Shown piece after piece: positions 27,295-37,288 of a stretch of 64,000 nucleotides of DNA; positions within the stretch are counted from its first letter, which is position 1, and each line of letters starts with the position of its first letter. The position numbers and the translations under genes are program-made. Location: positions 12,651-76,650 of IMG/VR virus record IMGVR_UViG_3300045988_129366; one strand, given 5' to 3'. Source of the DNA: a virus. A model generated the notes under the pieces. It was not told where the DNA came from, did no database searches, and worked only from the letters and a program-made list of their open reading frames with translations.

Positions 27295-30200
27295 CTAATT
27301 TAAGAACGTGTTGAAGCCCGTAGTCGCGCCTTTCGTCCGCAACGCCCGTCCGAGCATGGTGTGTATCTCGGCAAGGTGCTGCTCCATCCGTGGCAGACTT
27401 GAAAGGTGCTGGTTGGCGGTCGTGAACATTTCGGTGTAATCTATCGCTCCCGTAGTGATACCCGAAGCTGTAGGCAATGCCACGCCACGCCCCTCCATAA
27501 GCGCAACCACCCTCGCAAGGTTCTCGTCTATGCGCGGAATCGGAGCGGCATAGTATAATAATGTGTTCCCGATCGCCGCAGCCGTGTTTATCTCCTCGGA
27601 AGTCGCCCCGGCTATATTTTTGGCTATGCCCGTGAAGCCCTCTGCTTTCTCACGTCCGTCATATCCCCATTTCTTTGCCCACTCCATGATGACAGCCCCG
27701 GCGGCATTGGCATCCTTAGAACCTTTGTCTGCGCTTTCCATTACTTTGCGCCAAAAGTTCTCGTCGTAGAAGTCGTCCTCATCCATCTCGTCTATCATCT
27801 TGAACGTGGGTTCCAATGCCCTCTGCATGGCTTTTGCCATAAGCGACTCCACCACCATGTTTTCTATCATCTCGTGGAACTTCTCGCTCATGGCATCAGC
27901 GGTGTTCCCGAACTCCTTGTATGCGTCAAGCCATGCCTGTGCGAAATCGCGTGCTGCGGATGTTAGGTCTGTGCCGAGCATCCGCTCCGCTATCTTGCCT
28001 TGCATGTCGGCTATCTGGTCGCCGATGTCGCGGGCTTTGTTAAGGAACTCCTGCGCCTTTTCCTCGTCAGCCTTTTTCCCTTTTGACATCTCCGCCTCAT
28101 ATTGCTTCATATAGGCTTGCTGTTGCGCAAGGAGTATCTTCTGCTGCTGTTTCTGATTCGCTACATAATCAGACCCGAACACCTTGTCAGCTGCTTTCTC
28201 CAACCGCCCGTAGGTGTATTCAAGCTGATCGAGAAGATTTTGCTGACGCTCAATCTCCTTGTTGGCCTTGCGGACTTTTGAACCGCTTATCCAAGATGCA
28301 ATGGCACTTCCTACCGCCAATACTCCTGCGGCAATGGCTATATACGGATTCGATTCAGCTATTGCGTTGAATATGGCTTGTGCGGTGGCGGCGGCGTTTA
28401 TCGCCGTGCTCATAGTTTGCAGAGAGCTGATTGCTGAATCGAATACAAGTCCGGCGGCTGAATCCTCAGATATGCCGAGCAAGTCTTTTATTTCGCTAAG
28501 CTCCCCTGCGAGTTGGTCTGCGGTTGAAGCTACTTTTTGCAAGTCTTTGAAAAACTTTGTTGTGGCTTTTTTCTGCTTGTCCTGCTCGCCCGTAACTTTT
28601 TGTTCGGCTTTCTTCACCTTATCAGCGGCTTTTGCTTTTGCCTGCTCTGCTTTGGCCACATTTGCAGTGGCTGTATTTAGCCGCAACTCAGCCGCAACAA
28701 TCTGATTCTCGGTTGCAAGTTCATTGTTTTTAAGGTCGTTCAGCACTCGCTGGGCTTCTACTTTCTCATCTTCGGCTGTGGCAATATCCTCGTCAAGTTG
28801 AGGAAGCTGCGCCTGATACTCCGCCTCGGCTGCTGTTAGTTCCTGCTTGGCGATTTTGAGATTCTTGATTGCAGCGATGTAGTCGCTGACAGACTGAATC
28901 ATATCGTTGCCGAATCCTCGCCCGCTTATCTGCTCGTCTATGTCCTCCATAGCCTTGACAAGCGTTTTCATGTTCTCCGGCGAAAGATTCTGATTGGTGT
29001 CTATCAACGCTTGCATTTCAGCGCGCAAGCGTTTAAGTGAGCTTGTGGCTACATTGTCAAGATTCTCAAATATCTTGATATAGTCCTCGCTCTTGGTGAA
29101 CTCCTCGAAATTTACCTTTGCCAAATCCTCGTCTTGCTTTCTCTGACTTTGAGCCGCAAGGCGGTCTTTCTCCTCCTGCGGAAGATTCGACTTGTATATC
29201 TCGGCTCTGCGCTGTGTCTCGCGGCTGATTATGTCCGTGCGCTGCTCCTCATAGTCTTTGGCTTTTGCAAGCTCTTTCTCCCATGTGGTGATATTGGAGG
29301 CGGCGGTTTTCTGCCCCTCATTGACTATGTTTTCTGCCGTGCTGCGGTTCTTATCGATGATTTGGTCTTGATACTTGTCGTATATGTCGGCTAGAGCCTT
29401 GTAGTTGATGCGCTGATTCGTCATGTCAAATACGGGAGAAAGGTCGATTTCGACATCTTTGTTCCCGCTCTTGAACACTTCCCGAATCTGCTTAACAGCG
29501 TCCTCAAACAATTCCTCGCCCGTTGAGCCGTAGATGCTCAAAGATACGCGGGTTGCCAGTTCTATATCCCCCGTCATCCCGAGTATCTTCTCATAAAACT
29601 CCTTCGCCGTCTTGGTGCGGGAAATGCGGTCGGAAAGAGCCTTTAGTTTTTTCTCCAACGCCTTTTGTAGAGAGTTAAGGTCTACATCCTCCAACTGCGC
29701 CACAGCCTCGTCTATCTCCTTGCCGATATTGGGGAAGAGCGGTTTGCCTTTCTTGTCGCGGAGCTTCTGCAACTCTTTCATCTTGTCGATGAAGTGCTGC
29801 ATGTTTGATTTCAGATTCTCGTCGGTGAAAGGCAGTTCAAACTCAAAACCGTACTTTCCTGCGCGGTCTTGAAGCGTCTTGATTGTATTGGAGTATATTT
29901 CTTGTATCTTCTCGGCAGCCTTTGTCGCCCCAATCTGTTTCTCCAACTTGTGATACTCGTCGTAGAGCTTCTTGGTGAGCGAGATTTCCTCTTTCAGATT
30001 TTGCAGACGGGGGTCGGAGGTGCGACCGCCTTTGTTCTTTTTCTCATCAGGGTCATAGAACTCCTTGAATGTATTAAAAAGAGTTGTGAGCTGTTCAAGT
30101 TTTTTCTCGGATTCATCAATCTTTATATCTGTAAGGGGATTCATCAAACGCGCAAGCAATCCCCATTTAGCGGTTTTCTCACGCTCTTGGCGAAGTTCCT

Positions 30201-32955
30201 TTAACTTCTGCTTTTCCGATTCCATCTCATCCTTGATGCGAGTGACGTAGGTTTTCCAGTCTTCGCCAGATTGCATAAGGAATCGGCTCATTTTATTGAT
30301 ATTCCCATGAGCATCCGTTACAATCTGATAGCCTTTCTCACGAGCCAACTGAACTTTACTGTCCGCCGGAATAACATTTCCCCATTCCTTTTGCAGTGCT
30401 TTTAGTCGCATGGTAAGGTCGGGATATTTGTCGCCCACCGCTTTGATTATCGCGTCAAAATTGACCTTTGTTATATCCATAAGGTCATTAGGATTAACGC
30501 TATCTACGAGATGCAGCCATTCGGGTTGAAGCTCCACCGCCTTTTCTTGAATAGCCTTTTTCATGTCCTCATCGTTTAAGATAAGGTCGCGGACTCGTTT
30601 CATCGCAGCATTAGCCTGCATCTGCTGATAAAGGAATGTATTAGCATCTACGGCACGACCATCGGAATACCGATAAGTGGTATTTTGAAGCGACTCTTTG
30701 GTTTGTTTGATTTTCTTGTCAAATTCACCGAGCTGCCCCGTTGCCTCACGGTATTCCTCATTCATCCCCCTTATCTCATCTGCTTGGTCTGCATAGGCTT
30801 CTGTTAAAGCCGTAATGTTCGCAAAGCCGGTATTGCTGCCAAAAATATCTCGCTGAGTAAATTCAAATTCTTTTTTCCAAATCTTAGCTATCAGCTTTGT
30901 ATCATCAACTCCGGCTTCCAGCATAGCCTCCCTGAATTTCTGATAAGTACTCTTGCCCGCTTGGGGTGCCAACTTCTCAAAAGCGGAAAAAAATCTTCCC
31001 ACTTCCGTAGCAGACAATCCTTGGTCGTAGAGCCTTTCTCGCACGTCATTTTGTGCGTCTCTAATCTTCGTGCCGTAATATTCAAATATGGCACTTTCTG
31101 CTTTCTGACGTTGCTGTTCTGCAATATATTCTTTGATGGATTGTGTCAGTTCGTCATAACCGTCTTTCATCCGAGATAAATTCTCGATGGTAAGAGATTC
31201 TTGGGGAAGAATGTCTTTGTAAGTACGATTAAGCTCATCAAGCGCATCTTTTTGTTCCTTGCTTCCGTTAGCAGCTTTAACAGCTTTATCTGCAAGAAAC
31301 TCAAAATTGCGCACACTTTGGTCTTGAAGCGTGGCAGTCTCGGTGTATATGGAATCTAACTCTCTTTTGAGTTTGCGGAAGTTGGTTATCGCTTCTGAAG
31401 TTTTATATATAAAGTCTATTAAAAAGGAGACCAATATGCCCATACCAATTCCTTTCAGAGCCGACTTGCCCAAAGACATGAACCCCATTTTAAGTTTGCT
31501 CTGCGCGGTGGCGTTTTTCTGTGCGGCTATTGCGGCGGCTTCGTCCGCTTTTGCTTTTGCAAGGCTTGAACGTGCCGCGTTTTGTGCCGCAACGTCAGTG
31601 CCTTTCATAGCGGTTGCGAGTTTTGCTTCCGCGATAATGCGCTCATTTGTTGCCGCAGTAACTGTTTTGGCAAGCGAGGTTGTTGCCATCTTCATAGCTC
31701 CCATAGCAGCCACAGCGGGAAGAATAGTGGTCGCCGCTGTAAGTCCAACCGCTTTCCAGTTTCGCATCAATTCGGTGAGCATTTGGATTGCTTCTTTCAT
31801 GCCCTCATTGACAATACCCGTGTTGCCAATCTGCTCGTACATCACGGAAGCGGCATCTCCCAATTTTTGCCACAAGCCGTATAAGGTGTTACCTTGCTGT
31901 ATCTGCATATTGTAAAACATACCTCCGGCATCCGTCATGTCGTAAAGCACCTCCTTTACCAACTCCCAAGAGATAGCTCGTTTTGAAATCATATCCATGA
32001 CCTCTGCCGTAGATACCATCTCGCCGTTCATCTTGGAAAGTTTGATAGATAGTTCCTCCAACAATGGCACTCCCAATTCTGTAAATTGCTTGAGTTCACT
32101 TGCGCGCAGGTAGGTGGCTGTTCTCGTCTGACCGGCGGCAAGCACAATGCGTTGATAATCAACGCCTAATCCAACTGAAATATCGGCAAAGCGTTTTGTC
32201 ATTTCAAACAGCTCGTCATACTCAATTTTGTATGCCGCGAGTTGCTTAGTGTATCTCGTCATGTCAAGAATCGACAATGGCGAGTTAAGCGCAAATTGTT
32301 TGATTTGCGAAAATATCTGCTCTCCTTTATTCGCATCCTGCAAAATCGCGCCGAGCGACACTCTTTGCAATTCAAACTGTGCGGTTACTTCTCTTACCGA
32401 TGTAAGGAAATTGCCGACCATTGAAAATGACGCATATATAGCCATCTTCTTAATAAGTCGTTCAAGATAGCCGCTTTGGGCGCTATATGCTTTTGATGTT
32501 CTGTCAGCCTGTTGCGCCGCCCTCTGTTGCGACAATATCAGACGCCCCCCTGCTTGTCTTACACGCTCCTGCGACAGACGGAGTTTTTCATCTGCTTGCG
32601 CCACATCCTTTCGCAGTTTAGCGGCTTTAGCCATCTGCAACTCCGGCAACTCAATCCCCTTGAACTTCTGAATCTTCTCCATGATACGGGCAAGCTCTTT
32701 CAGCTCGCGCACCAAGTCCCTGATAACGGTCTTGTTCTCGGGGGTAAGTGGTGTTATCTTTAACTCCGCAAGCCGCCTCTTGACATCATCAAGATTGTCA
32801 AACGCCTTGGTGTCAAATTTCAATTTGACATTCAACGTCCGTTTCTGAATAGCTTTCTCCAACTTGTCGGCATACTTGCCGTCCCAGTCTTTAATCGCTG
32901 CCTCTACTCCTTTTTCAAGGTCGAATACTATCGGGAATCTTAAATTTTCCGCCAT
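27295..32955 (-). CDS. tail tape measure protein
   Basis: 1886 aa, strongly helical K/E/A/Q-rich, internal hydrophobic segments (ILPAVAAMGAM..., GMGILVSFLIDFIY), position between chaperone and distal tail genes. Confidence 0.85.
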   Translation of the reverse strand: MAENLRFPIVFDLEKGVEAAIKDWDGKYADKLEKAIQKRTLNVKLKFDTKAFDNLDDVKRRLAELKITPLTPENKTVIRDLVRELKELARIMEKIQKFKGIELPELQMAKAAKLRKDVAQADEKLRLSQERVRQAGGRLILSQQRAAQQADRTSKAYSAQSGYLERLIKKMAIYASFSMVGNFLTSVREVTAQFELQRVSLGAILQDANKGEQIFSQIKQFALNSPLSILDMTRYTKQLAAYKIEYDELFEMTKRFADISVGLGVDYQRIVLAAGQTRTATYLRASELKQFTELGVPLLEELSIKLSKMNGEMVSTAEVMDMISKRAISWELVKEVLYDMTDAGGMFYNMQIQQGNTLYGLWQKLGDAASVMYEQIGNTGIVNEGMKEAIQMLTELMRNWKAVGLTAATTILPAVAAMGAMKMATTSLAKTVTAATNERIIAEAKLATAMKGTDVAAQNAARSSLAKAKADEAAAIAAQKNATAQSKLKMGFMSLGKSALKGIGMGILVSFLIDFIYKTSEAITNFRKLKRELDSIYTETATLQDQSVRNFEFLADKAVKAANGSKEQKDALDELNRTYKDILPQESLTIENLSRMKDGYDELTQSIKEYIAEQQRQKAESAIFEYYGTKIRDAQNDVRERLYDQGLSATEVGRFFSAFEKLAPQAGKSTYQKFREAMLEAGVDDTKLIAKIWKKEFEFTQRDIFGSNTGFANITALTEAYADQADEIRGMNEEYREATGQLGEFDKKIKQTKESLQNTTYRYSDGRAVDANTFLYQQMQANAAMKRVRDLILNDEDMKKAIQEKAVELQPEWLHLVDSVNPNDLMDITKVNFDAIIKAVGDKYPDLTMRLKALQKEWGNVIPADSKVQLAREKGYQIVTDAHGNINKMSRFLMQSGEDWKTYVTRIKDEMESEKQKLKELRQEREKTAKWGLLARLMNPLTDIKIDESEKKLEQLTTLFNTFKEFYDPDEKKNKGGRTSDPRLQNLKEEISLTKKLYDEYHKLEKQIGATKAAEKIQEIYSNTIKTLQDRAGKYGFEFELPFTDENLKSNMQHFIDKMKELQKLRDKKGKPLFPNIGKEIDEAVAQLEDVDLNSLQKALEKKLKALSDRISRTKTAKEFYEKILGMTGDIELATRVSLSIYGSTGEELFEDAVKQIREVFKSGNKDVEIDLSPVFDMTNQRINYKALADIYDKYQDQIIDKNRSTAENIVNEGQKTAASNITTWEKELAKAKDYEEQRTDIISRETQRRAEIYKSNLPQEEKDRLAAQSQRKQDEDLAKVNFEEFTKSEDYIKIFENLDNVATSSLKRLRAEMQALIDTNQNLSPENMKTLVKAMEDIDEQISGRGFGNDMIQSVSDYIAAIKNLKIAKQELTAAEAEYQAQLPQLDEDIATAEDEKVEAQRVLNDLKNNELATENQIVAAELRLNTATANVAKAEQAKAKAADKVKKAEQKVTGEQDKQKKATTKFFKDLQKVASTADQLAGELSEIKDLLGISEDSAAGLVFDSAISSLQTMSTAINAAATAQAIFNAIAESNPYIAIAAGVLAVGSAIASWISGSKVRKANKEIERQQNLLDQLEYTYGRLEKAADKVFGSDYVANQKQQQKILLAQQQAYMKQYEAEMSKGKKADEEKAQEFLNKARDIGDQIADMQGKIAERMLGTDLTSAARDFAQAWLDAYKEFGNTADAMSEKFHEMIENMVVESLMAKAMQRALEPTFKMIDEMDEDDFYDENFWRKVMESADKGSKDANAAGAVIMEWAKKWGYDGREKAEGFTGIAKNIAGATSEEINTAAAIGNTLLYYAAPIPRIDENLARVVALMEGRGVALPTASGITTGAIDYTEMFTTANQHLSSLPRMEQHLAEIHTMLGRALRTKGATTGFNTFLN

Positions 32956-33034
32956 TGCTATAAGATTATCTTGTTATGAACAGAGTTGCATTGCTCCGCA
33001 GGAATTTGTAACTTTGCGCAAAAATCTGTGTATT

Positions 33035-33289
33035 ATGGATGAAAAGCCTAAATCGGGATATGACCGATACAACGAATTGATTGAAAAGAAAGAATCGCGA
33101 AGCGACCTTAACATCGTCCCCAAAGCCATAGGAATAATGGGCGCGATTTGCCTTATAGGGGGAGTATTGTCAATTTTTAGCAAGCTGTTTACACTCGTAG
33201 AGTCCATTGCCATTATCGAAGGGTCATTCTTCCTTTTCGGCTTCTCAATCATCGTCAAAGCCGCCTGCAAGTACCTCGACAAACAATAA
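33035..33289 (+). CDS. small membrane protein (opposite-strand island)
   Basis: 84-aa ORF from internal ATG; two hydrophobic helices (IGIMGAICLIGGVLSIF; IIEGSFFLFGFSIIV). Confidence 0.45.
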   Translation: MDEKPKSGYDRYNELIEKKESRSDLNIVPKAIGIMGAICLIGGVLSIFSKLFTLVESIAIIEGSFFLFGFSIIVKAACKYLDKQ

Positions 33290-33328
33290 GAGGGTGTTCT
33301 TTCCATATCAATTCGTATAAAAACCACA

Positions 33329-33367
33329 AGAGCCGACCACCCTTTCGGGTAATCGGCTCTTGGCTCT
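33329..33367. repeat. GC hairpin repeat element copy 1 (AGAGCCGA..TCGGCTCT + GGCTCT)
   Basis: agagccga-ccaccctttcgggtaa-tcggctct tggctct; same stem as 40279..40320 and 40420..40467. Confidence 0.6.
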
Positions 33368-33626
33368 ATGATGCAAATATAGCGTTTTATCATCAATTAC
33401 ACAATAATATCTATAATTTAACTTTATATTATAGCTAATTTGCTGTTCTAAAACATGTTAAAATTGCCGCTGTTCCTTTTGCTGCCGAAGATATTATTGC
33501 TAATTTTGTTGTTGTTAATAGTAGACTAAGTGCTGTAATTGGAACTGCGGCACGTGTTTCTATAACTACTGGAGAGCATTATGAATTTGCTCTTTGGATT
33601 AAATGTAACCCCAAGCCTCAGAGCTT

Positions 33627-34379
33627 ATGATACTTCTCGGCGTACAAGAAAAATTTTACAACTTATTGGAGAACCATTTTGGCGAAACCTTTGCCGTTTG
33701 CGTTCTTATTGTTGCAGCAATTCTTACGGGCTTAATATGGCTTTCAATATGGCTTTATAAGGTAGTCCACCTCAAAAAAGACATAGAAAAATTACCATGT
33801 GCCGAGCATAAATCCAAATTAGAACGCGTTATTGCCGTAGAGACAAAAATTGATGCACTACCATGCTCAGAACACATGGAGCAGATAAGACATCACGCAG
33901 AAGGACATAATTCTGTTTTGACGCGTCTTGGATCAATTGACACGACATTGTTGTTTTTACAAAAAGGAATTGACGGACTTAATCAATCTTTGCAAAAAGG
34001 CAATCAGATTATAACTGATAGTTTCACTCAATCCCATAGTCCATTGTCAATAACCCCAAAAGGATATGAAATGGTCAACCGAATGGGTATTTCGGAAATG
34101 TTTGATAGTAATTGGAAGCGAATAAAAGCGTTGATAGATGCGGAAAACGAAAGCCGCAATCCATACGACATTCAGCAATTTTGCATACAGCAAGCCGTTG
34201 TATTCCCCGAAAAATTTCTATCGGAAGCTGAATTGGATAAAATAAAGATAGACGCATACAACACAGGCAACCCTTTGCTTTCATATATGAGGGTGATTGC
34301 GGTTATGGCTCGTGACCGATATTTTGAAGAAAACGACATTGATGTTTCAGAGGTTGACGCAAACGACCCAACAAAATAA
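33627..34379 (+). CDS. membrane-anchored protein of unknown function (opposite-strand island)
   Basis: 250-aa ORF, N-terminal TM FAVCVLIVAAILTGLIWLSIWLY, AT-rich promoter region upstream, own terminator. Confidence 0.55.
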   Translation: MILLGVQEKFYNLLENHFGETFAVCVLIVAAILTGLIWLSIWLYKVVHLKKDIEKLPCAEHKSKLERVIAVETKIDALPCSEHMEQIRHHAEGHNSVLTRLGSIDTTLLFLQKGIDGLNQSLQKGNQIITDSFTQSHSPLSITPKGYEMVNRMGISEMFDSNWKRIKALIDAENESRNPYDIQQFCIQQAVVFPEKFLSEAELDKIKIDAYNTGNPLLSYMRVIAVMARDRYFEENDIDVSEVDANDPTK

Positions 34380-34396
34380 ATAACTTACTCATAATA

Positions 34397-34430
34397 GGGG
34401 CGACGCATCACCGTGTCGCCCTTTTCTTTT
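34397..34430 (+). terminator. rho-independent terminator
   Basis: GGGGCGACgcatcaccGTGTCGCCC followed by TTTTCTTTT. Confidence 0.65.
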
Positions 34431-34878
34431 CCTCCGCCATCACCTCGGCTTGAAGCTCCTCCGGCGAGAGCGTTTTCTTCACGCTCTTGACCCGACCGAA
34501 ACCGAATCTGTCCATCATCCCCTGTGTGCGCTTCTCCTTCTGCTCCTGCGTCTCGTTGCGCCGTGCGGTCTCTTTCACCGCCTCGTAGTCGTAATCGTAA
34601 TAACCCTTGTCGAGCAGCATAAACGTGATGTAATTCTCGGTATCTAAATACCAATACCGCAGCCACGACCAAAAGCCGTAATTGCCGTAGACCGCCTTTA
34701 TCTTCTCGTTATCGGTCGCCTCGGCGAAAAGACTCCCTACTTGCTGTCCTCCCCCTTTTTCTTCGTAGCGTCCTGAGCCGCTTGCGCCTCCGCCGCCCTC
34801 CATCTTTTCAGCGTCTCTCTTACGCCGTCGCCAATTGGTTTCATAGAGAGCGCGAGTTGATGCTTTGTATTTTCCCAA
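34408..34878 (-). CDS. tail assembly chaperone frameshift extension (GT-like, -1 frame)
   Basis: ORF lies in -1 frame relative to 34737..35309 (computed from coordinates); no independent ATG (TTG only); slippery-looking GAAGAAAAAGGGGGAG at 34748..34764 on mRNA. Confidence 0.45.
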   Translation of the reverse strand: MGKYKASTRALYETNWRRRKRDAEKMEGGGGASGSGRYEEKGGGQQVGSLFAEATDNEKIKAVYGNYGFWSWLRYWYLDTENYITFMLLDKGYYDYDYEAVKETARRNETQEQKEKRTQGMMDRFGFGRVKSVKKTLSPEELQAEVMAEEKKRATR

Positions 34879-35309
34879 TTGGCTAAAGAAAAACCCACTT
34901 CTTCATCGTTGAGGGCGGCATTGTTGATTGTGGCAGTGTGTTCTTCGTAGCGGAGCATAAGCCTCCGCCATGTCAGGGCGAAAAGGAACGGGACAAACAG
35001 TGCCCGGTTGCCTAACAGATAGTAGGCGGCTGTCTTTGCGTGGAGCGTGTCGAGCTTGCGCTGTATCTTCTTTGCCTTGCGAAGCGGCATTGCTTCTTTC
35101 TGCTTGCCCGATAGCGCGTAAGCTTCAAGCTCGAGAGTATGGATGCGCTCTCTCACTTTCTTGCTCACCTGCCTCACGGTATAGGTCTTGCCCCCGACGG
35201 CTATCACCCTCGGAAAGCCGTGCTTGATATGCTCCCTCGCCGCCACCATTCTGTCAAGCTCCTCGTCGGTAAGCTCCCGCGGCCTCTCCTTATCCTCTGC
35301 CATTGTCAT
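34737..35309 (-). CDS. tail assembly chaperone (G-like)
   Basis: 190-aa ORF immediately after major tail protein; 142-nt overlap with -1 frame ORF. Confidence 0.5.
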   Translation of the reverse strand: MTMAEDKERPRELTDEELDRMVAAREHIKHGFPRVIAVGGKTYTVRQVSKKVRERIHTLELEAYALSGKQKEAMPLRKAKKIQRKLDTLHAKTAAYYLLGNRALFVPFLFALTWRRLMLRYEEHTATINNAALNDEEVGFSLANWENTKHQLALSMKPIGDGVRETLKRWRAAEAQAAQDATKKKGEDSK

Positions 35310-35400
35310 TCTGTTTGTTTTCTGCCCCGAGCTTCAGCTCGGAAATCATTAAAAGGGGCGGCAAAAAGCTACCGCCCCTCGATGAAAAGACCGTTATGGG

Positions 35401-35985
35401 TTACGCGCCGGTTTCCGCCTTGGGTTTGCCCTTGCCCATCATGAACGTACCGCAAGTCTCCGTGTCGATATACTCCGCGGTGGCGGTGATGTGCAGTCGC
35501 CACAGCTTGCTGTCGAGCGAGAGATTGCCGACAATCTTCGCTTTCGGAAAAAGAATCCACTTGTTTGCCTCGTCGTTGAAAATCGCGATAGGCGCGGTAG
35601 TAACGGGAAGTTCCACAAACTTCATCACGTTTGCGAGCGATTCGATTGATGCCGAAGTGCCGGGAGTGGCAACCTTGGTCGCCTTCATGATTGCCTCCGC
35701 CATCTCCTCCGAAAGGTCGGCGATGTCGCAAGAGAACGCGTAAGTGCCCGCGGTCACGGTCGATACAATCGGATCGCCCTGCTCGTCCTTGATTACGTCG
35801 ATGGTTGGCTCGTCGCCGTCCCACGATGTCGAATCCTCCACCACCTGACCGAGCGACATCCCGCTCGCGGTCACGTCGGCAAAGGAGGTGCTTTCGGTGT
35901 AGCCGCCGGTAGGCGCGTCGAAAAGCACGATGTCACTCTGTCCGTTGAAAACCTCGGTGACTTTTCTTGGTTTGATTCCTGCCAT
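35401..35985 (-). CDS. putative major tail protein
   Basis: 194-aa ORF directly upstream of chaperone pair. Confidence 0.45.
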   Translation of the reverse strand: MAGIKPRKVTEVFNGQSDIVLFDAPTGGYTESTSFADVTASGMSLGQVVEDSTSWDGDEPTIDVIKDEQGDPIVSTVTAGTYAFSCDIADLSEEMAEAIMKATKVATPGTSASIESLANVMKFVELPVTTAPIAIFNDEANKWILFPKAKIVGNLSLDSKLWRLHITATAEYIDTETCGTFMMGKGKPKAETGA

Positions 35986-35997
35986 TGTTATATGGTT

Positions 35998-36465
35998 TTA
36001 ATTGTTGATAAATTCGTCTGTCACATGCCACTCCACGTTGAGTATCGTAGTGGAGTAGCCGGTAGTGAGATTTGTCGTTGTCGGGGTAATCACGTTTGTG
36101 GGGTCGAAAGTGAACACGAAGCCCTGCGACACCTTGCGGTGAACGAGCGGAGCGACCTGCGAGAGTATCCTGCGGACTCTTGCCGTATTCACAGTCTGCC
36201 CGTCGCGTGTGCTGTTAAGCAACTTACAGCTAACTATCAGCATCAAGTTCCCCTTGAATAGCGCAGGGTCTTCGGTAAGTGACTGCGCCCCACCGTTCCA
36301 TGTTACACTTAGGAAAGCATCATCCAATCCCTTGCTCGGCTGTTTGCCATCTGCATACGCTTTTAAGGCAAGGACGGCTACATCTCCCACGTGTTCCAAA
36401 GTCACCTTGCCGTCAAGCAAGGCGGCGAGTGCCACGTCGGGATTGAGGTCTGCGATTGTGCTCAT
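35998..36465 (-). CDS. head-tail joining / tail completion protein (hypothetical)
   Basis: 155-aa ORF in structural operon. Confidence 0.4.
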   Translation of the reverse strand: MSTIADLNPDVALAALLDGKVTLEHVGDVAVLALKAYADGKQPSKGLDDAFLSVTWNGGAQSLTEDPALFKGNLMLIVSCKLLNSTRDGQTVNTARVRRILSQVAPLVHRKVSQGFVFTFDPTNVITPTTTNLTTGYSTTILNVEWHVTDEFINN

Positions 36466-36965
36466 GCCGTTATCGGTTGAAGTCCTGAAATCACATCGTT
36501 AAGCAAAGTCTGTTTCAACGTCTCAAAGAAGTTTACGCCTCGCCCTATCTTGGAGCCTTGCGTATTTATCTTGTAGGCGTATGGCACAGTAGAGAAAAGC
36601 ACTATCCATATCCCCTTGGAGAACTGCGTCGCCCCGTCGGAAATAGCCGCTTGCAGCAGAGGTGAGCCGAATATACCTTTCACACCGCCGTCCGATTGCG
36701 CCTTTGTCGCTCTTGCCGTCGGTATAAAGTGCTGGATTGCTCCGTCGGCATACACGCCCACACCCGTAGCATCGTGTAAGTTGGCGGTATCTACCGGAAA
36801 CTGCGTCGTACCGTCGGGCATTACGAAACTTCCGTCTATTACACCTACAAGCGTCTGAGCCACACTTTTCAGCATAGCCACAAGTTTAGCCTTGATAACA
36901 CGCTCTGCGTATTGCTCAACGCCAACCTTGAAAACCTTGCTGTTATGTGCCGTGTAACCGCTCAT
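36462..36965 (-). CDS. structural-module protein (hypothetical)
   Basis: 167-aa ORF, overlapping stop/start. Confidence 0.4.
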   Translation of the reverse strand: MSGYTAHNSKVFKVGVEQYAERVIKAKLVAMLKSVAQTLVGVIDGSFVMPDGTTQFPVDTANLHDATGVGVYADGAIQHFIPTARATKAQSDGGVKGIFGSPLLQAAISDGATQFSKGIWIVLFSTVPYAYKINTQGSKIGRGVNFFETLKQTLLNDVISGLQPITA

Positions 36966-37288
36966 TTCTCTACGCTCTGCTTTATCTCAACCTCCGTCAC
37001 ATAGTCGCCCGTGAGGTCAAGGGGCAAGTCATTTACAGACTTTACAACTCCCTTGCGGATGCGCCCTGCCTCGGTGGTTACGACTATATCGTCATTGGAT
37101 TCCACCGCCACGAAACGAGGAAGATACACTTTGTCGTTGTATGTCATTATCTTGTTGAAGGATTGCCCTCCGCCTTGAAAATCACACTTATCATTGTATA
37201 TCTCCTCGCAGATGGGGTTGTCCCATTCGTCCGTAGCTTCGGAAGCTCGGGTGATTATGCAATGGTCGTTGTAGCTCAGTTCGCTCAT
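36962..37288 (-). CDS. head-tail connector-like small protein (hypothetical)
   Basis: 108-aa ORF. Confidence 0.4.
   Translation of the reverse strand: MSELSYNDHCIITRASEATDEWDNPICEEIYNDKCDFQGGGQSFNKIMTYNDKVYLPRFVAVESNDDIVVTTEAGRIRKGVVKSVNDLPLDLTGDYVTEVEIKQSVEK

Noticed and set aside
32864-33289. Full-length 141-aa + strand ORF starting at 32864
   Set aside because: First 57 codons overlap the tape-measure N-terminus on the other strand. The internal ATG at 33035 gives a compact membrane protein with sensible spacing to flanking signals.
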